Part shown: positions 52,868 through 63,667 of the stretch, piece after piece
Layout: the number at the start of each line of letters is the position of its first letter
How positions within the stretch are numbered: the stretch's first letter is position 1
Assembly (NCBI GenBank): GCA_963782525.1
Contig: CAWAKC010000002.1
Location: forward strand, 32,001 to 96,000
Length of the DNA stretch: 64,000 bases
From: Candidatus Bathyarchaeota archaeon
GTDB taxonomy: Archaea; Thermoproteota; Bathyarchaeia; Bathyarchaeales; Bathycorpusculaceae
Direction: 5' to 3'
Program-made: the position numbers and the translations under genes
Notes under the pieces: model-generated
Seen by the model: only the letters and a program-made list of their open reading frames with translations
The model's database searches: none
Told to the model about the DNA's origin: nothing

Positions 52868-54414
52868 TTATGTCACCTGTTTTTTCCGTAGCCAATTGAG
52901 GTCTTGGCTAAAAATCATACGAATGTCCTCGATACCCGCTCGCATCATAAACAAGCGGTCCACACCCAACCCCCAGGCAATCACAGGCTCCTTTACGCCC
53001 AATGGCAAAGTGACTTCGGGACGGAAGATGCCTGAACCACCGAATTCTACCCAGCCATAGCCTTCTTTGTAGGCGGACAGTTCCACGCTGGGTTCAGTGA
53101 AGGGGAAGTAGTCGGGTTTGAAACGTATTTTTTCTGCACCTGCAATTTCCATGGCAAATTTGCCCAATGCACCGAGGAGGTCTTTTAGGTTGAGGTTTTT
53201 GTCGATTATGATGCCTTCAACTTGGTTGAATTCGGAGAGGTGGGTTGTATCAGTGATTTCGGGGCGGTAGACTCGTGCGATTGAGAAGTGTTTGCTTGGG
53301 ACCTCATATTTCCCAGCTTCCAGGGTTCGAGCGCTTAGACATGTGCCGTGTCCACGGAGCAGTAGCCGCTGCGCAGCTTGGAGCGAGTACTTGTATCCCC
53401 ACCCGGTTGACCCTGTATTCCAGCCGTTCTCATGAGTTTCTTTCACTTGCTCAAGTGCTGTAGCATGTTTTTTGGTGTAGCCGAACTGGGGGTCTTTAAC
53501 GTAATAAATATCGCTGGCTTCCCGTGCAGGATGATCCTGAGGCACATATAACGCGTCAAAATTGAAAAACGCCGTCTCAACTGCGGTTCCCGTCATTTCC
53601 TGAAAACCCAACTGGACTAATTTAGCGCGGACTTCATCGAGGAATTGCAGGTAGGGATGCTTTTTCCAGGCCAAACTTTTGCGACCGGTGCTTCGATGTT
53701 GTATTTCTGAAGCGTTTTCTCGCGCCATTTGCCAGAAATTATAAGGTTCGGAGTCAATTGAGTAATAACTTCTGGAGCTATTACCGCGGTTGAAGTGAGG
53801 GTGATAGTCTTGGTTTTCTTTAGGGTTTGTTTGCCTTCCTCGGTGATTTGGAGAGTGCGAGAAGTTTTAGCCTCTACGGTTACGAGTTTTCTTTTTTTAA
53901 GTTGTTCGGTTGCTTGTTGAAGGTCAGAGCTGAGGTCTTCTTGGGATTCTTGTTTCTTTTCATCTAAGTATTTTAGGAATGTTTCATCGCAGCCTTCAGC
54001 GATGGCTGTTGGTTGTTCACTATAACGGAGCGTATTGTTCTGGGGGGTGTATGTTGCCCATTTCTTCCTTATAGCCCAGCCAAGTGCAATTTGGATGAAT
54101 TCTGATTTGAGCCCAGCTTTTTCCGCCGCCTGTTTTAGGTCTGCAGCTCCGCCCAGTTCTGCAACAACTGAAATTAATCTGCGTTCAGGTAAGCCTTCTT
54201 TCGCATACTGCTCGCCTTCAGAAGTTAATTTAACAATATTTTGAACTTTCGCTCGGATAGCAACAAAATTTTTTTCCTGCAGCGTTAAGGCGTTGCGCAT
54301 GACGGCTGTATCTTGGATTCCGCATGTTTGAATTAGTTGGTCTACGGTTGCTGTTCCGCCGAGCGATTCGAGTGCGGAGAGTACTTGTTGTTCTTGGGTT
54401 CTAAGTTCAGCCAT
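52868..54414 (-). CDS. pheS: Phenylalanine--tRNA ligase alpha subunit (frameshift ~53660)
   Basis: N-terminal DNA-binding-fold region; FFNFDALYVPQDHPARE, YFPFTEPS, AWGLGVDRL. Confidence 0.95.
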
Positions 54415-54497
54415 CTAACTTGTGCCTTCGCAGCAGGTTTTGTTATTGGATAGTTACTGCGTCAATAAAAGCATGCTGATAAACCTAAATCAGGGTG

Positions 54498-55808
54498 TTA
54501 TGCGATTTGGATTTTTTTGTCGATTGAGCTTTGGACGTTTCGTTCGATGGTGCGTTTGAGGTTGCTGATTTTGTCTTCAGCTTCTTTGCAAGCGTTTTCT
54601 TTGACGGTTTCATGGGTTTCAACGCTTGTTTTCCGCGCCTTCAGTAAATCTGCCTGCTCCTGGTATTGAGCTATGCTTTGGTTTATCTCATCCATCTTTG
54701 AAGACGCCAGCAAATGTTCCTTGTTCGATGCCATCCCAGCGCATCTTATCTGAAGTTTCGCCAAAGAATCCTTATTCAGAATCTCATCGACTGTTTGCTC
54801 AGCTTTTCTAGCTTTATCCGGTTTCAACTTCAGCTTGTCCTGAGCCATCAACTCTTCAAGCTTCTGCAGAATTTCTTTAAGCATCGGATAATCTGCCTGT
54901 TCAGACACTAACGCAGCAAACGGCGATTCTAAGTACTGGGTTATCTTGTTTAGTTCGTCGGGGGTTACGCCTCCTCCGCCTCCAGTGGCTAAAGCTTGCA
55001 TCTTTATGAAAGGCTTCTGAAGGTGTCTTAGCTCATGTTTTAACTCGTTGGTTAAGGAATCAATCTCGCAGTTAACCATGTTCAGTTTGTCGACGGGTCC
55101 TTTGCATTTTAACTCGTTGATTTTCTCTTCAAGAACTGCGATTTCCTGCTCAATTGGCAAACGCTCCTTCCGTATTGCTATCTGGTCGTCTTTGAGGGTA
55201 ATCAACTGCTTTTCTATACCTTGAAGTTCGTTGATTTGCTGGAGAGCTTCCTCCAAAGTTTTGGTTTTGACATATTCCTTGGTAACATAGTCGTTTAGTG
55301 CTGTGTAGGCTTGTTTTGCCCGCTCATAGACGGCGAGGAATTTTCGTCTGTCCATGATGAAGAAGGGGGAGATTCTCGGAAACCAATTTTTTATGTCGAT
55401 GTCTGTGACTAAGAGGACTTTCTGGGTTTCCCCGACGTAGCGGTTGATGCTGTCGTAGGTGACTTGTTCGGGTGGGTTGATTTTTTTTAGTCGGTCGAGG
55501 AAAAGGCGGGCGAGTTTATTTAGGGCGCGTGCTCGGTTGTAGACTTTCATGTTTCTTCTTTCTATTTCTTTGCTGCTGGTGTCGAAGAGTTGTTTGCTGA
55601 CGTCTGCGACCATTTGAACTGAAAGGTTCATGTCGTCGCGTAGTTTTTTGGCTTGGATATGTACCGGGGTTAGGATGTTGCTGGTTTGGGTTGTTAGCCA
55701 ACGTTTTACTTCTTCTGACGATGAGAACTGTTGGGTTGTTTCAGTCAACGCTGCTTCACTGTGTCTTATCTTATTGTTGGGTGGTTTATCAATTTTAGCC
55801 CAATTCAA
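54498..55808 (-). CDS. Coiled-coil hypothetical protein
   Basis: Long heptad-rich ORF; start uncertain. Confidence 0.75.
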   Translation of the reverse strand: MNWAKIDKPPNNKIRHSEAALTETTQQFSSSEEVKRWLTTQTSNILTPVHIQAKKLRDDMNLSVQMVADVSKQLFDTSSKEIERRNMKVYNRARALNKLARLFLDRLKKINPPEQVTYDSINRYVGETQKVLLVTDIDIKNWFPRISPFFIMDRRKFLAVYERAKQAYTALNDYVTKEYVKTKTLEEALQQINELQGIEKQLITLKDDQIAIRKERLPIEQEIAVLEEKINELKCKGPVDKLNMVNCEIDSLTNELKHELRHLQKPFIKMQALATGGGGGVTPDELNKITQYLESPFAALVSEQADYPMLKEILQKLEELMAQDKLKLKPDKARKAEQTVDEILNKDSLAKLQIRCAGMASNKEHLLASSKMDEINQSIAQYQEQADLLKARKTSVETHETVKENACKEAEDKISNLKRTIERNVQSSIDKKIQIA

Positions 55809-55874
55809 ATACTCTTTTTTTGGTAACTACTCTTAAATAGGTAACTAACCTTCTGAAAAGCCTGAGCTGAACAA

Positions 55875-56468
55875 ATGAATACGAAAAGCCTGACATTCGC
55901 CGTTATGATGGGCGCCCTTGGAACGGCATTTTTCGCAATATCATATTATGTAGCCCCAATTGCGCCTTCCTTAGCATTTGATTTTAGCTTAATTGGCGTT
56001 CTCGTTGCAGGCTACTATGGTGGGCCCAAATTAGGCTTCCTGACTGGACTCATTGCTGGAATCTTACCAGGCATTATGTTTGGACCCTTGGGAACAGGCG
56101 GCGTTTTCGGTTTAATAGGCTTACCGTTTGGCAAAGCCCTTACTGGTATGACTGCTGGACTCCTATCTTCAGGTATAAAGTTCGGGCAAAAATCCCGACC
56201 ATCCATCCTTGCCATTCCATCTACATTCCTAGCGTACATACCTGAAAGTCTATTCACTTGGGGGTACTTCGTATTGCTGCTCGGAACTACGGTGGGAACT
56301 GCGGTGTACTCAACTGTTCTTGTTAAAGCGCTAATCGAAATTGCAGTGATGAGTTTGGTCATGGTGGCTTTGCTGAGGAACAATGGTTTTAGTTGCTATG
56401 TCCGTGCTCATTTCCTGTCACAGAGCAACACCATTGTAAACTGCAATTCTTCAGAAAAAAAGAAGTAA
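55875..56468 (+). CDS. ECF transporter S-component-like membrane protein
   Basis: About 6 TM; AVMMGAL, FDFSLIGVLVAGYYGGPKLG. Confidence 0.75.
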   Translation: MNTKSLTFAVMMGALGTAFFAISYYVAPIAPSLAFDFSLIGVLVAGYYGGPKLGFLTGLIAGILPGIMFGPLGTGGVFGLIGLPFGKALTGMTAGLLSSGIKFGQKSRPSILAIPSTFLAYIPESLFTWGYFVLLLGTTVGTAVYSTVLVKALIEIAVMSLVMVALLRNNGFSCYVRAHFLSQSNTIVNCNSSEKKK

Positions 56469-57434
56469 TTAGAATCCTAAGGATTGTGCCAGTACCTTAG
56501 GGTTTATTTGTCCTGCTTTGAAGGTTTTGCCTGTTTTTGCGTTGTTTATCATGAGGACTGCTGGGGCGAATAAGCCGTGGTCGATTTTGTAGAAGTCTTT
56601 GTCTGCTTCGCGGAAGATTTGTAGGAATGGTTTGCCGTAGTCTTTGGATGCCATAGATGGGGCTTGGTTAACCATGGTTTGCAAGGCGGCTTCGTCGTCG
56701 AAATCGACGGTGAGGTAGACGGTTCCGCCGTAGAGGATTGCGTCGTTGGTTCGTGCCATAGCAACTTCAAAGTCCATGCCCACCGGTGGAATAGGGGCAT
56801 AACCCATCGCATAACGAATAACTTTGGGGCTTAAACCCAACGTTTTTAGCTTGTGAATGCCGACTTCAACTACTCTCCCCGCAACCTGTGTTAAGCCTGC
56901 CATGCTCGCGGTTGGAGCTACAACTACGATGAGGTTTTCTGCTTTAACGTTGCTTGCAGCCGTAACTTTTTCGATTAAAACATCAGATGGCAAAACATTG
57001 CTCTCCAACGTGATAACGGCTTTGTCGCTGACATCTTTATAGCCGATTTCTTCGAAAACGTCCTTTGGCTTAAGCGCTAGCGCACGAACTGGTCCTGAAC
57101 CGATAGCTATGTTGCCGTCTGGTTCTTTGATGCGCCAACCCGCAAACTGCGAACCCAGCATCGCAATCGCAGGAAAATCGGACGAAACGGTAATCGACGG
57201 GAAAGTCATGTCGCCGTAGGTTTTGAAGCTAAGCTGCGCTTTTCCTGCTCCTCCTAAGCATAGTTCGGTTAGTTTTTTGCCTGCTTGAAAGCCACCTGGC
57301 GCGTTAACACCTGCGTCGATTATGGTGGCTCCGGCAGCTGATTTTGTGATGGTTACGCCGTAAAATTCTGGGTTGTCAATGAATTTTTGGGCTATTTTCC
57401 AAGCCATCTGGTTAACGCTTAATGCATTTCCCAT
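56469..57434 (-). CDS. mch: Methenyltetrahydromethanopterin cyclohydrolase
   Basis: LSVN, IDAGV, LGSQFAGW, GSGPVRALA, TNDAILYGG, FYKIDHGLFAPA. Confidence 0.96.
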   Translation of the reverse strand: MGNALSVNQMAWKIAQKFIDNPEFYGVTITKSAAGATIIDAGVNAPGGFQAGKKLTELCLGGAGKAQLSFKTYGDMTFPSITVSSDFPAIAMLGSQFAGWRIKEPDGNIAIGSGPVRALALKPKDVFEEIGYKDVSDKAVITLESNVLPSDVLIEKVTAASNVKAENLIVVVAPTASMAGLTQVAGRVVEVGIHKLKTLGLSPKVIRYAMGYAPIPPVGMDFEVAMARTNDAILYGGTVYLTVDFDDEAALQTMVNQAPSMASKDYGKPFLQIFREADKDFYKIDHGLFAPAVLMINNAKTGKTFKAGQINPKVLAQSLGF

Positions 57435-57650
57435 AACTTTTCACCTTAGAGTACCTATCATGATTGTTTTTGAATATTAAAGTTAACCCCTCGGCTATTT
57501 CGAAAGTTGAAACCAGTCTTAAACGAGTAGATCGGTATTGGCGTTTTCCGCTGCCATTAGTCAAGTTAAACTTCTTTACTTTGGAAGAGGTGCCAAAAAG
57601 TTCTAAAGCACTGAAATGCACTAGTAAAATTGTTTTGTTTAGGTGTTTTG

Positions 57651-58352
57651 ATGAAGTTTGAAACTCAATTTCAAGAAATAATATCTCGCACCCACGACGT
57701 ATCCAGCTTTCGTTTTCCCCGACCCGCCAAACTGGAATATAAACCGGGGCAATTTTTCTTTGTAACCCTAAAGCAAGGCGACAAAGAACTCAAAAAACAC
57801 TTCAGCTTCAGCAGCAGCCCCACAGAAAAAGACCATATAGAATTCACAAAAAAATTCACTGACCATGAATACTCCTTGGCACTTAAAGCCTCAAAAGTCG
57901 GAGACTGGGCAATGATAGAAGCGCCGTTTGGGCAATTCACTTTTGAGGGCGAATACCCAAAAATCGCGCTGTTGGGCGGGGGCATCGGAATTACGCCTTT
58001 TATAAGCTTCTGCAAAAACGCCACAGACAAAGGATTGGACAGTGAAATCACACTTTTCTATGGTTGCCGAACAACGGAAGACATTGCTTTCCGCAAGGAA
58101 TTTGAGGAGCTGTCACAGAAAAACAGGAACCTCAAGTTAGTCTTCACTGTTAACCCACCTGCACCACCCGATTGGACTGGTGCTACAGGAATAATAAACG
58201 CTGACTTGATAAAGCAGCAACTGCCAGATTACAAAGATTACATGTTCTATACTTGCGGGCCGCCACCAATGATTGAAGCCATGGAAAAACTCGTAGTTAG
58301 CTTGGGGTTACCTAAAGAGAAACTGAAAAGAGAGCTCTTTTCAGGCTATTAA
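57651..58352 (+). CDS. Ferredoxin-NADP reductase-like FAD/NAD-binding oxidoreductase
   Basis: YKPGQF, FSFSSSP, GGIGITPF, TCGPPPM. Confidence 0.9.
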   Translation: MKFETQFQEIISRTHDVSSFRFPRPAKLEYKPGQFFFVTLKQGDKELKKHFSFSSSPTEKDHIEFTKKFTDHEYSLALKASKVGDWAMIEAPFGQFTFEGEYPKIALLGGGIGITPFISFCKNATDKGLDSEITLFYGCRTTEDIAFRKEFEELSQKNRNLKLVFTVNPPAPPDWTGATGIINADLIKQQLPDYKDYMFYTCGPPPMIEAMEKLVVSLGLPKEKLKRELFSGY

Positions 58353-58367
58353 AAAGAGAAAAGAGTT

Positions 58368-59651
58368 TTAGGGGTAGAAGCGTCGGGTGGTTCTTGGGAA
58401 TGGGATGGCGTCGATGATGTTGTCTAAGTCAAGCATCCAAACCAACAGCCGTTCTAAGCCCATGCCGAAGCCGACGTGTGGCACAGTTCCGTAGCGTCTC
58501 AAGTCAAGGTACCATTCATAGTCTTCTGGCTTAAGTCCCTGCGCTTTCATGCGTTCGATTAGGATTTCTTTGTTGTCTTCTCTTTCGGCCGCCTGTACTG
58601 ATTTCGCCAATTCTGGGCACCATCATATCCACAGACATGGCGACTTCTGGGTGGTCACTGTAGGTTTTGCAGTAGAACGCTTTGATTTCAGTTGGGTAAT
58701 CGTAGACGAAGAAGGGTTTGCCGAAGTCTTCTGCTAAAACTTTCTCGTCTTCGTAGCCGAGGTCTGCGCCCCAATTCAAGGCTGAATTTTTTGGTTTTAG
58801 ACGTTCAATGGCTTCTTTGTAGGTTATTCTTGGAAACGGCGTTTTGACCGCTCTTAGTTTCTCGATGTCAGCGCCCAACTCTTTGAATTCAGTTTGGCAA
58901 CGTTCTGCTATTGCTTGGCAAAGGTATTCCATCAGACCTTCCTCAAACTTCATTAGGTCGTTCATGTCAGCAAACGGCCATTCGCCTTCCATGTGCCAGT
59001 ACTCGGTGAGGTGACGGATGGTTCGGCTTTTTTCCGCGGGAAAGATGGCGCGATGCAGTAGACGTTTTCCAGTGAGTAAATTAGGATTTCAAGGTAGAGT
59101 TGGCTGCTCTGAGTTAAGTACAGTTCTTGGTCAAAATATTTTAAGCCAAACAATGTGGAGCCGCCCTCCACTGCTGCGGAAATGAACATTGGCGGTGAAA
59201 CTTCGGTGTATTTTTGTTTCTTGAAGTATTCTCTTGCAGCCTCTAAAACTTCTGCGCGGACCTTCATGACCAAGTTCATTTTTCTGCTGCGAAGCCACAG
59301 ATGGCGCATGTCACGGATGAATTCTTCACTTTTATCTTTGCTGATGGGGAAGGTTTCGGCTAAGCCGATGATGGTGACGGCGTCGGCGCCGATTTCAAAG
59401 CCGCCTGGAGCCCGTTTATCCTCTTTCGCGGTACCTTCTAAGCTGACTGAGGATTCGATTGTTAATTTTTTTGCTTCACTCCAACCTGCGCTTGTTTTTT
59501 TGACGGTGCATTGGATTACGCCTGTAGAATCGCGGATTAAGAGGAATATGAGTTCTTTTCCTTCCCGTTTTCGGTATACCCAGCCGCGGACGGTTACCTG
59601 TTCGTCTTTTTGGGAGCCGTTTAAGATCTCGTTTATTTTAACCAAAGCCAT
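58368..59651 (-). CDS. asnS: Asparagine--tRNA ligase (two frameshifts, ~59035 and ~58585)
   Basis: [49 protein letters not shown]. Confidence 0.92.
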
Positions 59652-59710
59652 CGGGCATCAACTATTGGCTTACTACTTGTTTTCAAACCTAAATGCCTAT
59701 CGATTTAGGA

Positions 59711-60955
59711 TTAGACTTCTTTGGTGCTTGGCTCATAAACTTTGAACAAAACAAAAATCGACAGAGGAATTGCGGTGACCGCTAATAACAGAAACGGCAA
59801 TTGAGGCGAAACAAAGGCGTAAAGTACGCCAACCACTATCTGCAGAACTCCTTGCACTATGAACATAAAGAATTGTAAGCACCCTGTAACGGTTCCCCTA
59901 AAGCCTCGAGGCACCAAGTCGCCCATCAAAACCTGGTAACTGTTAAGTTGCAGAAGGTTTCCTAAACCGAAGAAAAAGAATGCAAGCAGGAGCCTGTTGA
60001 AATCAGCGTTTACAAACAGCAGCATCCCTGGAACATACAGCAAATACCCCAAAATTAGGAAGCGTTTTCTTCCCAAAGCGTCCATACCTAAACCTGCGAG
60101 TATGCCGGGAATGGCTATGCTTAGGTACCTAAAAGTCGTCACGATTGCCCACTGCTCCAAGGTTATTTTGAGGATTGCCGTTGCGTAAACGACAAAGTAT
60201 AGTTGGCAGCTGACGACTAAGCCGTTTATGATTATGATGGCTATAAAGAGGTTGAAGGCTGATTTGGGAACTTTAGCCCAAACATGGATGCCTTCTTTGA
60301 CGGCTTTAGGATAGTTAAGGAGCACCTCAAGAAAGCTGGGTTTCGCTTTGCTGCCGTCTGGGGGCAGGGTTTCTTTAAGCTTCAGCCTCAACACGGCAAT
60401 TGCAAAATACGCTACAGCTACAATCGTGTAGGCAATGCGCATTCCAAAATCAAATTTGAAAGTAACCACCAAGTACTGGGCAATGAGGGGTGCAGGCAAC
60501 AAAACCAGCGTAGTAATTACGGACTGTAAACTGAAACCTGCTCCACGGTTTTCAGGAGGCAGAGAATCAATCACCATTGCCATCAACGCAGGACCATAAA
60601 TGGAAAACACGTTTTGCAGCAGCAATCCGATAAGGATGAATTGCCAAGAAGGTGCAAAAACAAAAAATAAGCTTCCTAAAGCTAATCCAAAGGTCATGGA
60701 GACTATTAGCCGTCTTCTGCCATGTTTATCAGCTAAGTAGCCGCCGGGGAACTGCACAAGCGCAACTGCTATGGAGCCTGCAAATCCCATGACCGATAAC
60801 AGAAACGCGTCTGCGCCTAAGTGGATATAATAGAGGCTAGCGTAAGTGTCGGGGATTGGTTGGAAAGCGAATAGGATTATCCAGCTTAAAGTTATGAGTA
60901 GAAAGTTGCCTCTTAAGACTGCTTGTTCTCCTCGGAAAAGCGCTGACAACCGCAT
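59711..60955 (-). CDS. MFS transporter
   Basis: GYLADKHGRRR motif A; about 12 TM. Confidence 0.93.
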   Translation of the reverse strand: MRLSALFRGEQAVLRGNFLLITLSWIILFAFQPIPDTYASLYYIHLGADAFLLSVMGFAGSIAVALVQFPGGYLADKHGRRRLIVSMTFGLALGSLFFVFAPSWQFILIGLLLQNVFSIYGPALMAMVIDSLPPENRGAGFSLQSVITTLVLLPAPLIAQYLVVTFKFDFGMRIAYTIVAVAYFAIAVLRLKLKETLPPDGSKAKPSFLEVLLNYPKAVKEGIHVWAKVPKSAFNLFIAIIIINGLVVSCQLYFVVYATAILKITLEQWAIVTTFRYLSIAIPGILAGLGMDALGRKRFLILGYLLYVPGMLLFVNADFNRLLLAFFFFGLGNLLQLNSYQVLMGDLVPRGFRGTVTGCLQFFMFIVQGVLQIVVGVLYAFVSPQLPFLLLAVTAIPLSIFVLFKVYEPSTKEV

Positions 60956-61079
60956 TGAAGATAAAAATTCTAAAGGAGCTATTTAAATCAAGACTTACAT
61001 TTGGGTTAAATCAAAATAATTATTTTTTGACCCACAATTCTTAAATCGCCCCTACAATGAGCATATTCCGACTGCAAAA

Positions 61080-62450
61080 ATGCAACTTACTATCGAAGGA
61101 AAAACCAAACTTAAAGCGCTCCAGATTTCAGCTATTGCCATCTTTAGCGTTGTAATCGTTGAAGTTTCAGTCGGCTTTCTAGTTAACAGTTTAGCCATAA
61201 TGAGCGACGGCTTACACGCCCTGCTCGATGCATTATCCAGTATTATGTTGTTCTTTGCGGTTCGAGCTGCCATGAAACCTGCCGACGAGGAGCACACTTA
61301 CGGGCATGAGAAGTTTGAGACTATTGGCGGATTAATCGGTGGGATTGTCTTGATTGCCGTAGCCATTTTAATTTTCTACGAAGCCACAATGCGACTTATA
61401 AGTCCTCCACAAATTAATGCTGGGATAGAATATGCAGGCTTTATCGCTATAGGCTACGCACTCTTCATTGCTTCACTGAGAGTTACTGTTTTCAAAAAAT
61501 TCCAGCACGTGCAAAGTACATCAATGAAAGCAGGTCTCTATGATGCAATTGCAGACTTAAGTTCAACACTTATTGCACTTTTAGGTTTTGGTTTGGCCTT
61601 ATTAGGTTTTACAGGAGGAGATGCCTTCGCATCAATCTTCCTTGGAGCCATGCTTACCTACTTGAGCTTTAAACTTGTAAAATTCAGCATAATGGAATTA
61701 AGCGACACCGCTTCCAAGGAGCTTGTTCAAAAAACAAGAAAAATAATTGTGTCATGTGAAGGTGTCATGAAAGCTGAAAACCTCAAAGTCCGCAAAGTTG
61801 GCTCGAAAGTCTTTGTAGATGTATCTGTTCAAGTTCCCAGCTTAATGAGTTTAGAAGAAGCCCACTCATTAGCGTCCAAAGTTGAGAATTGCCTAAAAGA
61901 AACATTTGCCTCAGTTGACGCCACCATTCACATTGAGCCGTCGGATAATGAAGTGAAAATGGATGAGCTTGTTAACAAGCTTGCGACGGTGGATGGAGTA
62001 AACGAAATCCATGAAATCTCCACTATCTATGTCGGTGGCAAACTCTACATTACCTTGCACGCATATGTTAATCCAGAAATGTCCGTGGAAGAAGCGCATA
62101 AAATTGCTGAAATCATTGAACAGAGGATGCATACAGAGATTAAACCGCTTGAAAACGTTACCGTACATGTAGAACCTTTAGGCATGGCAATTCCAGCAAC
62201 TCAAGTAACTGAAGCCCAAATCAGAAACATTGTTAACGACGTGGCAAAAGGTATAGCGTTAAGTTTGCGAATTAAGCGGGTGGTAACATATGATGGCCAG
62301 GGCAAACGATTTATCAATATCGATTGTTGCTTCACTAAACAGGTTCAGGTTAAGGATGCCCATCGGATAGCATCGCTGATTGAGAAGGGAACTAAAGATA
62401 GGTTTGCGGGCGCCGTAGTGACTGTGCACATGGAACCAGAATGTATCTAA
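61080..62450 (+). CDS. Cation diffusion facilitator with three C-terminal dimerisation domains
   Basis: SDGLHALLD, PADEEHTYGHEKFE; three AH...(I/V)H(I/V/M)EP domains. Confidence 0.92.
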   Translation: MQLTIEGKTKLKALQISAIAIFSVVIVEVSVGFLVNSLAIMSDGLHALLDALSSIMLFFAVRAAMKPADEEHTYGHEKFETIGGLIGGIVLIAVAILIFYEATMRLISPPQINAGIEYAGFIAIGYALFIASLRVTVFKKFQHVQSTSMKAGLYDAIADLSSTLIALLGFGLALLGFTGGDAFASIFLGAMLTYLSFKLVKFSIMELSDTASKELVQKTRKIIVSCEGVMKAENLKVRKVGSKVFVDVSVQVPSLMSLEEAHSLASKVENCLKETFASVDATIHIEPSDNEVKMDELVNKLATVDGVNEIHEISTIYVGGKLYITLHAYVNPEMSVEEAHKIAEIIEQRMHTEIKPLENVTVHVEPLGMAIPATQVTEAQIRNIVNDVAKGIALSLRIKRVVTYDGQGKRFINIDCCFTKQVQVKDAHRIASLIEKGTKDRFAGAVVTVHMEPECI

Positions 62451-62598
62451 TTCAAATTTAAAATCCAAGGTTGCTCGATTTTACCTTTTCGAGATGTATT
62501 AAAAATAGGTTAAAAAAATAGCCCATTTATTAATCTTATTTTGCGAGAAAGATATCTGAAATTAAAATCAAAAAACAAAAAAAGAAAGAGAAAGAAAA

Positions 62599-63390
62599 TT
62601 ATTTTTTCTTCATCGCGTAGACGCCGAAGCCGATCAGTATGATGATAATGACAATGACTAAGGCTATGATTATCCATGTGTCAGTTGATAGACCGCCCAT
62701 TCCGGGTGCTGGTGTAGCTGTTGCTCCGCCTGTTGGTGTTGGTTCAGTGCTGCCGACTGGTGTGAATACTGCTTGGTAATCGTATCGGTTTCCGTAGCCG
62801 TGATTAACATTGTAGGGGTTGTCTGTTGGGGTTGCTGTGTATGGGTATCCACCGTGACTTAGGTTTGGACCGGAAATTACCCAGTGTGAGAATTGCCAGC
62901 CGCTGGCTGCTGTTGCTTGGAGGTTTAATGATGTGGCATTGGTTAAGTAATAGAGTCCTGCGGGTGGATTTGTAGTTCCTCCTGCTGAAGCCAAGATTCC
63001 AATTACGGCGTCCGTGCCTGGCACGAATGGCGCATATGGTACGTTTGGAAGAAGTGAGACTGCTTGGAATACTGCTTGAATTGTGTAAGTTGTGCCTGCG
63101 GCAACAGTGATTGTTGTTGTTGCGCTGGGGTCGTTTAGGGTTGCGCCTGGAGCGGAAATTATCCAATTCTGGAAGGCATTACCTGCATCGGGGGTTGCTG
63201 TTAAAGTTACGACTTGGCCGTCATTGTAGTTGTAAGTTCCTGCTGCAGGATCGGTTGTTCCACCTACTGAATCTAACATAGTAACGGTTGCTTGTGTTTG
63301 AGCATTTACACTCATCATACATGCTGCTGCTAAAAGTAATGTAGCTAATAGTGTCATAGCGACAAATTTACTGCTCTTTTTGCTAAACAA
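62599..63390 (-). CDS. Membrane-anchored surface protein with two divergent InlB-B/bacterial repeat domains
   Basis: Signal peptide, 2x GGTT(D/N)P..G.Y...L.AT...G..F..W, C-terminal TM plus KKK. Confidence 0.8.
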   Translation of the reverse strand: MFSKKSSKFVAMTLLATLLLAAACMMSVNAQTQATVTMLDSVGGTTDPAAGTYNYNDGQVVTLTATPDAGNAFQNWIISAPGATLNDPSATTTITVAAGTTYTIQAVFQAVSLLPNVPYAPFVPGTDAVIGILASAGGTTNPPAGLYYLTNATSLNLQATAASGWQFSHWVISGPNLSHGGYPYTATPTDNPYNVNHGYGNRYDYQAVFTPVGSTEPTPTGGATATPAPGMGGLSTDTWIIIALVIVIIIILIGFGVYAMKKK

Positions 63391-63667
63391 TTTTTTTTAT
63401 CTCCTAAAATCGCAAATGCTTGCTTGTTTTGATTTAATGGGATTTGCTATATTTAGTTATGTGACTGTAGATATACACCCACAACTTAGCCCTAACCGTG
63501 ATTACGTTTAAATTTTTGAGGCTTATTTTTGAATTAGCTTCATAAATATGTTGAACTAAGAAAACTGTTAGTTTGACAAATTTAATGAAAAAAATATTCT
63601 ACATAAAGCTTTAAGGCTAACTACGAAAATATTAGATACCATAAAGTTTGAGAGTGAAAACGATAAA

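Noticed and set aside
56469-57434. mch as evidence of methanogenesis
   Set aside because: Mch is common in non-methanogenic archaea using the H4MPT Wood-Ljungdahl branch; no mcr or mtr genes are in the window.
52868-59651. Programmed frameshifting or pseudogenisation of pheS and asnS
   Set aside because: Single-base indels, often in short runs, affect many unrelated genes (kinase, REC-TrmB, monooxygenase, USP, wHTH) including essential ones; assembly error is the simplest explanation.
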